64,000 nucleotides of DNA from Promethearchaeota archaeon. GTDB taxonomy: Archaea > Asgardarchaeota > Lokiarchaeia > Sigyniarchaeales > SOKP01. This document shows positions 39,512 through 50,260 of this stretch, piece after piece. The stretch is from the NCBI GenBank assembly GCA_016839555.1, contig JAEOUA010000006.1, positions 224,001 through 288,000 on the forward strand, given 5' to 3'. Position numbers and translations under genes: made by a program. Below the pieces are notes generated by a model that saw nothing but the letters and a program-made list of their open reading frames with translations, did no database searches and had not been told where the DNA came from. Within the stretch, counting starts at the first letter, position 1. Each line of letters opens with the position of its first letter.

Positions 39512-41422
39512 ATGGGAAAAATTATTGGTATTGACTTAGGAACTTCTAACTCTGCAGCCGCTGTATTAAGCGGAGGGAGTCCAGAGATTATTCCTAGTAA
39601 AGAAGGAGTAACATTATACGGAAAAGCGTTTCCATCGGTAGTTGCATTCACCAAGGATGGACAAAGAATAGTTGGAGAACCTGCAAGACGACAAGCGATA
39701 TCTAATCCAGAGAGAACAATTACTGGTATTAAAAGGAAGATGGGAACTTCTTATACTGTAGAGATTGACGGTAAAGACTATACACCACAGGAAATTTCAG
39801 CAATGATCTTACGAAAAATAAAAGAAGACGCAAGCGATTATTTGGGAGAAGAAGTAACTGACGTGATTATCACCGTTCCTGCGTATTTTAATGATAATCA
39901 AAGACAAGCAACCAAGGATGCAGGTAAAATTGCGGGATTTAATGTTCGAAGATTAATCAATGAGCCTACTGCTGCTGCGGTGGCATTTGGATTAGATAAG
40001 AAAGGACAACACCTTAACATCGCAGTATTAGACTTAGGAGGTGGTACATTCGATGTTACCATTATGGAAATGGACGATCGAGTCTTTGAAGTTATTTCTA
40101 CTGCAGGCGACACTCAATTGGGAGGTCGCGATATGGATGATTTGTTAGTGGATTACATTGTCGAGGACTTTAAGAAACAGGAAGGAATCGATTTAAAAGA
40201 AGATAAGATGGCTTTACAGAGAGTTAAAGAAGCCGCAGAAAAAGCTAAAATCGAGCTCTCAACAGTTTTAAAGACCGAGATTAACTTACCATACATAACT
40301 GCTACAAATACTGGACCAAAACATCTCACTATGGAAATTACAAGAGCGAAGTTAGAGCAATTAATCCAACCAGTTTTAAAAAGATTGGAAGGACCAATTA
40401 AGAAAGCAATAAGAGATGCGGGGATGAAGAGTGAAGAAATTGATAAGGTGATCCTTGTTGGCGGACCGACTAGAATGCCTTCTGTACAAGAAAAATTCAA
40501 GGAATTTTTAGGTACAAAACCGGAGGGAGGAATTGATCCGATGGAATGTGTCGCGATGGGAGCTGCTATTCAAGGAGGAGTGCTTACCGGCGAAGTTAAA
40601 GACTTACTTCTATTAGATGTGACACCTTTATCTTTAGGAGTAGAAACCCTTGGTGGCGTATTTACGAAATTGATTGATCGAAACACCACAATTCCAACGC
40701 AAGCGACTGAAACATTTACTACAGCTGCCGACAATCAAACAGCAGTCGAAATCAATGTATTACAAGGAGAACGTCCACAAGCGAAAGATAATATTTCTTT
40801 AGGAAAATTTCATTTAACGGGAATTCCACCTGCTCCACGAGGAATACCACAAATTAAAGTGAGTTTTGATATAGATGCTGATGGGATATTGAATGTGACT
40901 GCTCAGGATAAAGCGACTGGTAAATCTCAATCTATTACCATTACTGCCTCTACTAAGATGAATGATGACGAGATTGAGCAAAAAGTCAGAGAAGCAGAGC
41001 GATATGCTGAAGAAGATAAAAAATTCAAAGAACTTGTTGAAACGAGAAATATGGGTGAATCTTTAGTTTATCAAGCGGAGAAAATCCTAAAAGAAAATGC
41101 GGGACTTGTTGGGGATCTCAAAGATAGCATTGAGAAAAAGATTGAAAATCTTAAGGATGTTTTGCAATCTGACAGTAAGCAAAAGATTCAGAGCGCGATT
41201 GACGAATTACAGAAAGCTTTACATGAAGTCTCTTCGAGGATGTATGGTCAAGGTCAGCAACCAGGACAATCATATCAAGGCGCACCTCCTGGAGGAATGG
41301 GAGGAACTCCAGGATCTACCTATAATACTGGAGGATCAAAAAAAACTCAGGACGAGATAGAAGAAGAGAAGTATAGAAGAGCCACAGGTCAAGACGACGT
41401 CGTAGACGCCGATTATGAGTAG
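39512..41422 (+). CDS. dnaK: chaperone DnaK (Hsp70)
   Basis: [36 protein letters not shown]. Confidence 0.99.
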   Translation: MGKIIGIDLGTSNSAAAVLSGGSPEIIPSKEGVTLYGKAFPSVVAFTKDGQRIVGEPARRQAISNPERTITGIKRKMGTSYTVEIDGKDYTPQEISAMILRKIKEDASDYLGEEVTDVIITVPAYFNDNQRQATKDAGKIAGFNVRRLINEPTAAAVAFGLDKKGQHLNIAVLDLGGGTFDVTIMEMDDRVFEVISTAGDTQLGGRDMDDLLVDYIVEDFKKQEGIDLKEDKMALQRVKEAAEKAKIELSTVLKTEINLPYITATNTGPKHLTMEITRAKLEQLIQPVLKRLEGPIKKAIRDAGMKSEEIDKVILVGGPTRMPSVQEKFKEFLGTKPEGGIDPMECVAMGAAIQGGVLTGEVKDLLLLDVTPLSLGVETLGGVFTKLIDRNTTIPTQATETFTTAADNQTAVEINVLQGERPQAKDNISLGKFHLTGIPPAPRGIPQIKVSFDIDADGILNVTAQDKATGKSQSITITASTKMNDDEIEQKVREAERYAEEDKKFKELVETRNMGESLVYQAEKILKENAGLVGDLKDSIEKKIENLKDVLQSDSKQKIQSAIDELQKALHEVSSRMYGQGQQPGQSYQGAPPGGMGGTPGSTYNTGGSKKTQDEIEEEKYRRATGQDDVVDADYE

Positions 41423-41430
41423 AAATAAAA

Positions 41431-41460
41431 ATTTTTTTTATTTTTTTTCAATTTTTTTTT
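41431..41460 (+). terminator. oligo-T terminator-like tract after dnaK
   Basis: Three T8-T9 runs directly downstream of the stop. Confidence 0.45.
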
Positions 41461-41527
41461 GATTATTAATATCAAGATTATTATCTAACGATTATTATTA
41501 TCATTATAAGTAAGAGAGTTCAAATTT

Positions 41528-42562
41528 ATGCCAAAAAAAGATTATTATAAAGTATTAGGAGTCGATAAGAGTGCTTCCAAGGATGAGATAAAGCGAGCAT
41601 TCCGTAAAAAGGCACGAAAATATCATCCAGATGTTAATCCAGATGAACCACGATCGGGAGAAAAATTCAAGGAGATTAATGAGGCATATAGAATATTAAG
41701 CGATGATGAAAAAAGAGAAATGTATGATAAATTTGGTGTTGTAGAGGGCGAAATGCCTTCTCAAGATCAGTGGGGAGGATTTGGTGATACTGGTGAGGGA
41801 GGCGGAAGAGTGTATCGAACTCCTGATGGGAGAACAGTATATTATTCCACCTCTGGGTCTCCAGGAGGAGGATTTGATTTCAGCGATATTTTCGGAGGTG
41901 GAAGAGGTGGTGGAATAGGCGGAGGCTTCGATTTCTTCAGTGATTTAAAAGACATCTTCGATGTGTTTGGTGGAGGATCCAGAGGAGGAAGGAGAACTTC
42001 AGGGCAGCGCTATACCTCCCGAACGACTATGCCACGGGAAGGCGAGGATCTTAAATATGATATGTCGATAGATTTTATGGAAGCATATTATGGAGGAAAG
42101 AAAAGAATTCAATATCGAAATCCCACCACTGGGACAACTGAAACGCTAACAGTTAAGATTCCGCGAGGAATTATGGAAGGACAAAAATTACGATTAAAAG
42201 GCAAGGGAATGCCAGGAAGTGATGGAGGAAAGGCGGGAGATTTATATATAAATATTCATATCAACGACCATCCCGTTTTTGAAAGAAGAGGTGATGATAT
42301 TTATATAACTGAAGAAATTCCCTTTACCACCGCAGTTCTTGGAGGTAAAGTTTCCGTGCAGGGAATTGATAGAAGCTTAAATGTAACCGTTCCTGCGGGA
42401 ACAGAAGACTCCACCACATTACGCCTAAAAAACCAAGGATTTCCAAAAGTTAATTCGAACGAAAGGGGAAATTTAATGGTAAAAATTAAAATTAAAGTGC
42501 CCAGTAAATTAAATAAAAAACAAAAAGAGTTATTAAGACAATTAAAAGAAACTGGGTTATAG
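41528..42562 (+). CDS. dnaJ: DnaJ class B (CbpA-like, no zinc finger)
   Basis: J domain with HPD, G/F-rich region, C-terminal domains; no CxxCxGxG repeats. Confidence 0.93.
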   Translation: MPKKDYYKVLGVDKSASKDEIKRAFRKKARKYHPDVNPDEPRSGEKFKEINEAYRILSDDEKREMYDKFGVVEGEMPSQDQWGGFGDTGEGGGRVYRTPDGRTVYYSTSGSPGGGFDFSDIFGGGRGGGIGGGFDFFSDLKDIFDVFGGGSRGGRRTSGQRYTSRTTMPREGEDLKYDMSIDFMEAYYGGKKRIQYRNPTTGTTETLTVKIPRGIMEGQKLRLKGKGMPGSDGGKAGDLYINIHINDHPVFERRGDDIYITEEIPFTTAVLGGKVSVQGIDRSLNVTVPAGTEDSTTLRLKNQGFPKVNSNERGNLMVKIKIKVPSKLNKKQKELLRQLKETGL

Positions 42563-42578
42563 ATGAGGTGAATAAAGT

Positions 42579-45191
42579 ATGTTAAAATTTGATAAATTAA
42601 CAATTAAGGGGCAAGAAGCGCTTGTTTCTGCCCAATCATTAGCAGAGAATAACAATCATCAAAGAATTGAGCCGGTTCATATATTAATTTCATTAATAGA
42701 ACAACAAGATGGTATTACTCGGCCTTTATTGCAAAAATTAGGGATTAACATTGACCATCTTTTAGATGATTTAAACCTTGAATTGGAAAGATTACCTAAA
42801 GTGACGGGTCCAGGAGCCGGTCAATTAGCTATATCTTCACAAACTAAAAAAATGTTTGACGCGGCCTGGGAAGAAGCAGAAAAAATGAGAGACGAATATC
42901 TAAGTACCGAGCATCTTTTAATCGCAATGGCCTCCATTGAGTCATTATCCATCTATTCTATCATGAAAAACTTCGGAATTTCAAGAGATAGAATTTTACA
43001 AGCTTTAAAAGCTGTACGCGGCAGTAAGCGTATTATAGACCAGAATCCAGAAGCAAAATACCGTGCAATTGATAAATATAGTAGAAATCTTACCCATTTA
43101 GCACAGAGAGGGAAAATTGACCCCGTCATCGGGCGCGATCGGGAAATCAGACGATTAATGCATATTTTATGCCGGCGAACCAAAAATAATCCGGTACTCA
43201 TTGGTGAAGCGGGTGTGGGAAAGACGGCCATTGTAGAGGGTCTTGCTCAGAGAATTGCCAATGAAGATGTACCAGAATCACTTAAAGATAAGCAAATTAT
43301 TGCATTAGATCTAGCAGCAATGGTAGCTGGAGCAAAATATAGAGGAGAATTCGAGGATCGCTTAAAGGCCTTCTTAAAAGAAGTAGAAGAAGGAGCGGGA
43401 AAATATATTTTGTTTATTGATGAACTTCACACACTTGTTGGAGCAGGAGCAGCTGAAGGTGCGATTGATGCATCCAATATGTTGAAGCCGGCACTAGCAA
43501 GAGGAGAACTACGAGCTATAGGTGCTACAACTTTAGATGAATATCGAAAATATATTGAAAAAGATGCGGCATTAACCAGACGATTTCAAACGGTTTATGT
43601 AGAGGAACCTTCAGTAGAAGACACCATCGCGATTTTGAGAGGATTAAAAGAGAGATACGAAGTCCATCACGGCGTTCGGATATCCGATTCTGCTTTAATC
43701 TCGGCAGCAAAGCTTTCTGATAGATATATCTCAGATCGATTCTTGCCTGATAAAGCAATCGATTTGATGGATGAAGCAGCTTCACGATTACGCATAGAAA
43801 TTGATAGTATGCCCACGGAAATAGATGAGATCGATAGAAAAATCATTCAACTTGAAATTCAAAAAGAAGCATTGAAAAAAGAAACCGGAGAGGCTGCAGA
43901 AGAAAGAAAAAAGCGAATCAATGAAGAATTAGAAAATCTAAAGGAAAAAAGTGAACAACTAAAACTACGTTGGAAAAATGAGAAAAAAATAATTTCTCGA
44001 ATTAGTGAGATCAAAAAGGAAATGGAGCAAACAAAATTACAAGCCGAAAAGGCTGAAAAAAGAGGAGAATTAGAAAAAGCTGCTGAATTGACCTATGGAG
44101 TGTTAAATGATTTGAAAAAAGAATTAGAAAAGAATCAAAAAGAATTAGAAGCGATACAAGAAGAATCTCCTATGCTTAAGGAGGAGGTAGGTGAGGAGGA
44201 TATAGCTGAAGTTGTTTCTTCTTGGACGGGTATTCCTGTATCTAAAATGTTGGAAAGCGAAAGAGAAAAGTTAATAAAGATGGAAGATCGATTAAAAAAG
44301 AGAGTTGTGGGACAAGATCAAGCATTACGAACAGTATCCAATGCGATTCGCCGTTCAAGAGCCGGGATTCAAGATCCAAACAGACCAATTGGAGTATTTA
44401 TATTTTTGGGGCCTACAGGGGTGGGAAAAACGGAAACGGCAAAAGCCTTAGCGGAATTCTTATTTGATGATGAGGATGCAATGGTTCGAATTGATATGTC
44501 GGAATTTATGGAAAAGCATAGTGTTGCTCGATTAATTGGGGCGCCTCCTGGATATGTGGGTTTTGAGCAGGGAGGCTACTTAACAGAAGCGATACGTAGA
44601 CGACCCTATTCAGTTATATTATTTGATGAAATTGAAAAAGCCCATCCGGAAGTGTTTAATATTCTTCTACAAATTATGGACGATGGCAGGCTTACAGATG
44701 GTCATGGTAGAACGGTGGACTTTAAAAATACCATTCTTATAATGACTAGCAATATTGGAAGTGAATATATTCTAGAGACTCAAGAAAGAAATGAAGAAAT
44801 TGATAGAGATTTAATTTTAAAAACAATGCGAAGACATTTCAAACCTGAGTTTTTAAATAGAGTTGATGATATTATCATCTATAATTTCTTAACAAAAGAC
44901 AATATTAAAGATATCGTTGAGATACAAATAAACCATCTCAATAACACATTAGCGGACCATAAGATTCAAATTAAATTAACTGAAGATGCCAAGGAATTAC
45001 TCGCGAAAAAGGGATTTGATCCTGAATATGGTGCCCGACCATTAAAAAGAACTATACAAAAACTAATTCAAGACCCATTATCGCTAAAAATATTAGAAGG
45101 AAAGTTCATGGAAGGCGACGTAATTGAAATTGATGTAAACAGTCATAATGAATTAGAATTTGAAAAAATTTATAGTAAGAATTTAATATAA
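42579..45191 (+). CDS. clpB: disaggregase ClpB
   Basis: Two AAA+ modules ([16 protein letters not shown]), long M-domain coiled coil, GAPPGYVG. Confidence 0.98.
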   Translation: MLKFDKLTIKGQEALVSAQSLAENNNHQRIEPVHILISLIEQQDGITRPLLQKLGINIDHLLDDLNLELERLPKVTGPGAGQLAISSQTKKMFDAAWEEAEKMRDEYLSTEHLLIAMASIESLSIYSIMKNFGISRDRILQALKAVRGSKRIIDQNPEAKYRAIDKYSRNLTHLAQRGKIDPVIGRDREIRRLMHILCRRTKNNPVLIGEAGVGKTAIVEGLAQRIANEDVPESLKDKQIIALDLAAMVAGAKYRGEFEDRLKAFLKEVEEGAGKYILFIDELHTLVGAGAAEGAIDASNMLKPALARGELRAIGATTLDEYRKYIEKDAALTRRFQTVYVEEPSVEDTIAILRGLKERYEVHHGVRISDSALISAAKLSDRYISDRFLPDKAIDLMDEAASRLRIEIDSMPTEIDEIDRKIIQLEIQKEALKKETGEAAEERKKRINEELENLKEKSEQLKLRWKNEKKIISRISEIKKEMEQTKLQAEKAEKRGELEKAAELTYGVLNDLKKELEKNQKELEAIQEESPMLKEEVGEEDIAEVVSSWTGIPVSKMLESEREKLIKMEDRLKKRVVGQDQALRTVSNAIRRSRAGIQDPNRPIGVFIFLGPTGVGKTETAKALAEFLFDDEDAMVRIDMSEFMEKHSVARLIGAPPGYVGFEQGGYLTEAIRRRPYSVILFDEIEKAHPEVFNILLQIMDDGRLTDGHGRTVDFKNTILIMTSNIGSEYILETQERNEEIDRDLILKTMRRHFKPEFLNRVDDIIIYNFLTKDNIKDIVEIQINHLNNTLADHKIQIKLTEDAKELLAKKGFDPEYGARPLKRTIQKLIQDPLSLKILEGKFMEGDVIEIDVNSHNELEFEKIYSKNLI

Positions 45192-45226
45192 GTATTGTAT
45201 ATATTATTATGGGGTTGGTATGAGTT

Positions 45227-46126
45227 TTGGAAATAAAAATTGAAAAGAATAATATCGCTGGCACATGTCCCGAATGTGGTGGGGAGATTATTTCTTTAGA
45301 GGAGAAAAAAGAGCTCGTATGCAGCAACTGTGGGCTTGTTATCAGTGAGAGAGGTATGGATTATGCTCATAGTGGAAAACGGGCTTATACTGAAAGTGAA
45401 AAAAATTCCAGAAAGCGAACAGGCTCCCCTATCTCAAATCTCATACCAGATATGGAATTAACCACTATAATTGATAAAAAGAATATTCAAAATCCGGATC
45501 TGAAGAGGGCAGCTAAATGGGACACCAGGATGCCCTGGAAAAAGCGCAATCTCTTAATAGCTACCACTGAATTGAAGCGTATAAGTAGCAATCTTAATTT
45601 ACCTCATCATGTAAAAGAGGAAGCTATTCAACTCTATAAAAAAGCATTTAAAAAGAAATTATTGCGTGGAAGGTCTATTAATGCTATGGTAGCCGCTTCT
45701 TTATATTTTTCTTGCAGGAAAAAAAGAATTCCACGAACCCTTCAGGAGATTTTAGATCAGACATCAGAGAGCGGAAAAGATGTGAGGAGAGCTTATAAAG
45801 CGCTTATTAGAGAATTAAAATTGAAAGCACCGCTGACAGATCCCAGTACTTTAATACCCCGATATATTGCAAATTTAAATTTACCTATTGAAATAGAACG
45901 ATTAGCTATTCAAATTGTAAAAGATTTTCGCAGAATATATCCTACCAGTGGTAAAGATCCTAAGGGAATCTGTGCAGGAGCCATATATTTTGCCTGTCGG
46001 AAAAAGAATATTAATATTACTCAAAAAGAATTAGCAGATACGGTGGGAGTCACAGAAGTAACTCTTCGCTCTAGATATAAAGAAATGAGAAATCTTTCCA
46101 ATATTGCAATTGAAAAAGCACATTAA
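45227..46126 (+). CDS. tfb: transcription initiation factor IIB (TFB)
   Basis: CPECG...CSNCG zinc ribbon; two cyclin repeats (RGRSI, GKDPKG, GVTEVTLRSRYKE). Confidence 0.95.
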   Translation: MEIKIEKNNIAGTCPECGGEIISLEEKKELVCSNCGLVISERGMDYAHSGKRAYTESEKNSRKRTGSPISNLIPDMELTTIIDKKNIQNPDLKRAAKWDTRMPWKKRNLLIATTELKRISSNLNLPHHVKEEAIQLYKKAFKKKLLRGRSINAMVAASLYFSCRKKRIPRTLQEILDQTSESGKDVRRAYKALIRELKLKAPLTDPSTLIPRYIANLNLPIEIERLAIQIVKDFRRIYPTSGKDPKGICAGAIYFACRKKNINITQKELADTVGVTEVTLRSRYKEMRNLSNIAIEKAH

Positions 46127-46144
46127 TACAATTAAAATATTTTT

Positions 46145-46840
46145 TTATGAAATATCTGCTCGATCGAATAGTCTTCTTTTCAATTTTAACAAATTTGTGT
46201 CTTCATTATAATCTATTAAATCGATATTAGCTAATTCATGAATTGCTCGTAAAACCATAGCGCCAGAAATTCCTGTGGTTTTCTTTATTTCATCTCTCGT
46301 CATTTCTTCTTTTTCTCCATGGAGAGTCATTAAAATCCTAAAGTGAGGTTGTCCCTGCCATATTTCCTGTAATAAAACGTTATATATAGACAGCAATGCT
46401 TTGATTTTATTAATGTTAAACTCTTCTTCTTCTTTATCAACAACAATTTTAGAAAGATTTTTTAGTTCTTCCTTGAGGGATTCATATTCTTTAAGTAATT
46501 TTTTTTGTTCCGTAGTTAAATCACCAATTTTTTGATCTCGTTCTTGCTTCTCTCTCTCCAATTTTTTTGTCTCTTCTTCCAATTGTGTTTTATCTTGTTC
46601 TAACTTTATTTTATCATCTTCTAATGCATGTTTTTCTCTCTCTAATTTTTTTGTTTCTTGTTCTAATTGCTGTTTTTCTTTTTCTAAGAGTGCCTTTTCA
46701 TTACTTAATTGTTCCTTATCTTCTTCTAATTGGTTTAATTCTTCTTTAGCTTTTTGAAGAGAAACTTTTATATCCTCAATAGCGTTTAAAGTGTTATTTA
46801 TGACTTTGATAGTATTTTTTTCTTCCGTCATTGTATTCAC
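46145..46840 (-). CDS. coiled-coil protein with C-terminal winged HTH
   Basis: Heptad repeats (ETKKLEREK twice), then PHFRILMTLH...IKKTTGISGAMVLRAIHELAN. Confidence 0.75.
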   Translation of the reverse strand: MNTMTEEKNTIKVINNTLNAIEDIKVSLQKAKEELNQLEEDKEQLSNEKALLEKEKQQLEQETKKLEREKHALEDDKIKLEQDKTQLEEETKKLEREKQERDQKIGDLTTEQKKLLKEYESLKEELKNLSKIVVDKEEEEFNINKIKALLSIYNVLLQEIWQGQPHFRILMTLHGEKEEMTRDEIKKTTGISGAMVLRAIHELANIDLIDYNEDTNLLKLKRRLFDRADIS

Positions 46841-47141
46841 ATGATAATTAATACTCTATTTATATATAAAAATGAGTATTATAATATGCTATTAAACTCA
46901 ATATATCTATGAATAATTATTTCAGTAATTCTAAATGTTTAAAGAGGGATTAGTCTAATCTAAATAATCTATAGAAATTAATTCTCAAATAAATCCTAAT
47001 TTCTATATTTTTTTAGAATTTATATCTTATTTAAAAAATTTTTAAATAATTACAAAAATATATTTTATTAAGTTTTAAAGAACAATCTAATGAAAAGAAC
47101 ATAATTTACAAAAAAAATATTGACTTTAGCAGTGAAATAAA

Positions 47142-49799
47142 ATGAGTAAAGTAGATAATCTAAATAAATTAAATCAACCTTGGACAAGATCTAAAGAAGA
47201 AATCTCAGAACTCTTAAAGGTGGATCCTTCTAGGGGCCTAACAGACATAGAAGCGAAAAAGCGATTGGAAACCTTTGGTCCCAACCAACTTGAAGAGGAG
47301 AGAAAGGTGAGTTTTCTAAAAGTATTGGTTCATGAAATATTTGAACCAATGATACTTCTTTTATTTGGAGTAGGGATTCTTTACACGTTATTCGGTATAT
47401 TCTTTAAGACGGGAGATATTTATGATGCGATTACAATTTTTGTTATCATTGCAGTTCTGGTATTTGTAGAAATCTATAATGAATATCGTGCTAAAAAAAC
47501 TATAGCATCATTAAAAAAATTAGCAGAACCGGAAGTTAACGTCCTCCGAGATAATAGCATTAAAACTATTAAAACCGAAGAATTAATTCCTGGAGATATT
47601 ATTTATTTGAATGTGGGAAAAAAAGTCCCTGCAGATGTAAGATTATTAGAAGCATATGGTTTGCAAATAGATGAATCTCCCCTTACAGGAGAATCTACTC
47701 CGGTAACTAAACAGGTAGATGATGTTTTGAAAGATGATACAGATCTAATGGAAAGAAATAATATGGCATTTGCTGGAACTACGGCGGTTAAGGGAAAGGG
47801 AAAGGGACTCATTGTGGCAACAGCGATGGATACAGAATTAGGAAAAATTGCAGGATTGACAAAAACAATAAAAGAACCAAAAACGCCATTACAGCTCGCT
47901 ATGAAACAATTATCATTGTGGCTTGTAGGGGTTGCATTATTTTTTGCAATTTTAATCCCGGTGATAGGGATCATTCGTAATCCATCAGAATGGTATGAAA
48001 TGGTTTTAACAGGATTAAGTCTTTCTTTTGCCACGATTCCAGAAGAATTGCCGATTATTATCACAATTGTGTTAGCATTAGGATCTTATGCTCTAACTAA
48101 GAATAATGCATTAGTAAAATATTTGAGGACTGCTGAAACTTTGGGAAGTGTAACGGTAATTGCAACTGATAAAACGGGCACTTTAACTAAAAATGAGATG
48201 AAACTGAGTCAGATTTATTCTGATAATGAAATAGTTCAATTAAATGGTAAAAGTTTATCTGAAGGGCAAAAAAAAATATTAGAAATTGGAGCATTGGTAA
48301 ATGACGTATTAATTGATATACAAGAGGGGAAATATTCCTATAAAGGGGATCCTATGGAAATTGCACTAATTAAAGCGGCTAAGGAAGCTCAATTGTCCTA
48401 TTCAGACCTCATTAAAAAATATGAACTGAAACGGGAGTTTACTTTTGATAATAAACGAATGATGATGTCACAAATATATAAAATGAACGGTAATTATACA
48501 TTATTTTTAAAGGGTGCCACTGAAGAAATTCTTACCAGAGCAAATCAAATCTTCTCTAATGGATCGTTAAAACAATTAAATAACGAGATTAAGGAGCAAA
48601 TATTAGAAAAAGTTGAAACCATGGCAGGAGAAGGCTTACGAGTATTAGGTTTTGCCTATAAAGAACTAGAAAATTCAGAACTCTCTCAAGAAGAAGCGGA
48701 GCAAGATCTGATATTTGTGGGTATTGGAGGATTTATAGATCCTCCCAGAGAAGAAGTAAAAGATGCCATTGAAGCATGTAGGAATGCAGGTATTAAAGTT
48801 AAAATGATAACAGGAGATTATGAGAAAACAGCACGAATAATAGCTGATCAACTAGGTATCGAGGTGAAAAACGTGCGTCTCGGAAAGGAGATAGACGCAA
48901 TGGGTGAAGAACTCTTAAAAAACGAAGTTAATCAAGTAAACGTGTTTGCCAGAACAACTCCCGAGCATAAATTAAAGATTGTAACTGCTCTAAAAGAAAA
49001 TAATGAGCGAGTAGCTGTTACTGGTGATGGAATTAATGATGCTCCAGCTCTTAAGAAAGCAGATATTGGTGTGGCAATGGGAGTGAGTGGTACCGATGTA
49101 GCGAGAGAATCTGCCGACATGGTACTATTAGATGATAATTTTGCGACTATCACTCTCGCAGTAAAACAAGGAAGAAAATTATACGATAATTTGCGGAAAG
49201 GAGTAAGATATTATCTTTCAGTCAAAATGGCCTTAATATTTATATTTCTCTTACCTATAATTTTTGGAGTTCAATTACCCTTTGCACCGATTCAAATCAT
49301 TTTATTAGAATTATTTATGGATTTAGCTGCTTCAGCGACCTTCGTTGTTGAACCGAGCGAAACTGATGTGATGAAGTTACCTCCCCGGGATCCTGAAGTG
49401 AAATTTATGGATAGGGAGATGAATTTAGGAATACTTATGGGAGGGTTAAGTTTGATTGGAGCTGTATTGATTATCTATTTCGCATCTCTTCCTATAGTTG
49501 ATGAAGAAACTGCAAGAACAATCGCCTTTGCTACTTGGATGGTAAGTCATGTATTTTTAGCCTTTAATATGAGAACCATGAGAGATCCCTTGATAAAAGT
49601 AGGGTTTTTCTCTAATAAATTCATGATCCTTTGGGCAATTGGAGCAATTGGAGTTACTATTCTATTTATCTACGTTCCCGTTTTACAAGATCTATTGCTT
49701 GTTACAGAAATTGATCCAATTATTTGGCTTGGCATATTCGGAATTTCGATCGCATTCAGTTTTTGGATGGAAATAGTTAAAATATTATTAAAAAAATAA
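47142..49799 (+). CDS. P-type II (Ca2+-like) cation-transporting ATPase
   Basis: TGES, IPEELP, DKTGTLT, KGA, MITGD, TGDGINDAPALK. Confidence 0.96.
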   Translation: MSKVDNLNKLNQPWTRSKEEISELLKVDPSRGLTDIEAKKRLETFGPNQLEEERKVSFLKVLVHEIFEPMILLLFGVGILYTLFGIFFKTGDIYDAITIFVIIAVLVFVEIYNEYRAKKTIASLKKLAEPEVNVLRDNSIKTIKTEELIPGDIIYLNVGKKVPADVRLLEAYGLQIDESPLTGESTPVTKQVDDVLKDDTDLMERNNMAFAGTTAVKGKGKGLIVATAMDTELGKIAGLTKTIKEPKTPLQLAMKQLSLWLVGVALFFAILIPVIGIIRNPSEWYEMVLTGLSLSFATIPEELPIIITIVLALGSYALTKNNALVKYLRTAETLGSVTVIATDKTGTLTKNEMKLSQIYSDNEIVQLNGKSLSEGQKKILEIGALVNDVLIDIQEGKYSYKGDPMEIALIKAAKEAQLSYSDLIKKYELKREFTFDNKRMMMSQIYKMNGNYTLFLKGATEEILTRANQIFSNGSLKQLNNEIKEQILEKVETMAGEGLRVLGFAYKELENSELSQEEAEQDLIFVGIGGFIDPPREEVKDAIEACRNAGIKVKMITGDYEKTARIIADQLGIEVKNVRLGKEIDAMGEELLKNEVNQVNVFARTTPEHKLKIVTALKENNERVAVTGDGINDAPALKKADIGVAMGVSGTDVARESADMVLLDDNFATITLAVKQGRKLYDNLRKGVRYYLSVKMALIFIFLLPIIFGVQLPFAPIQIILLELFMDLAASATFVVEPSETDVMKLPPRDPEVKFMDREMNLGILMGGLSLIGAVLIIYFASLPIVDEETARTIAFATWMVSHVFLAFNMRTMRDPLIKVGFFSNKFMILWAIGAIGVTILFIYVPVLQDLLLVTEIDPIIWLGIFGISIAFSFWMEIVKILLKK

Positions 49800-49973
49800 A
49801 TTTTTAATTTTTTTTTTCTTTTTTTAAAAATAATCAAAAAATCTTTTCTCGGACTGTCTTTTTTAAGATTTAAGTGATTCTTGTGAATTATCTATAACTT
49901 ATATTATAAATCTTTTTAAACATCACTAATTTTAATAATATTAAAAATTAATGCTTGAAAAGCTGCAAAACTA

Positions 49974-50231
49974 GTGTCCATGTCTGAGGCAACATTTTTC
50001 TTATTTATTGCGGGTGCAAATGCATTAATATCTAAGAAAGCATTGAAGAATATTAAAAATAAATTCAAGGAGAAGCATTATTCTCTAATGGTTGTTGATA
50101 TTTTAGAAAATCCTCATGTTGCGGAATCAGTCGGAATTGTGGCGACTCCCTTATTAATGAGGACTTCCCCTGAACCCGTAAGAAGGTTTATAGGGGACTT
50201 TACTAATTCTGAACAAGATTTATTCATTTAA
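49974..50231 (+). CDS. kaiB: KaiB-family protein
   Basis: LFIAG...SKKALKNI...YSLMVVDILENPHVAE..GIVATPLL....PEPVRRFIGDF matches the KaiB pattern LYVAG..S.RAL...VIDVLKNPQLAE...ATPTL...P.PVRRIIGDL. Confidence 0.9.
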   Translation: MSMSEATFFLFIAGANALISKKALKNIKNKFKEKHYSLMVVDILENPHVAESVGIVATPLLMRTSPEPVRRFIGDFTNSEQDLFI

Positions 50232-50260
50232 ATTTTTACTTAAGCTCAATTGGTCTATTC

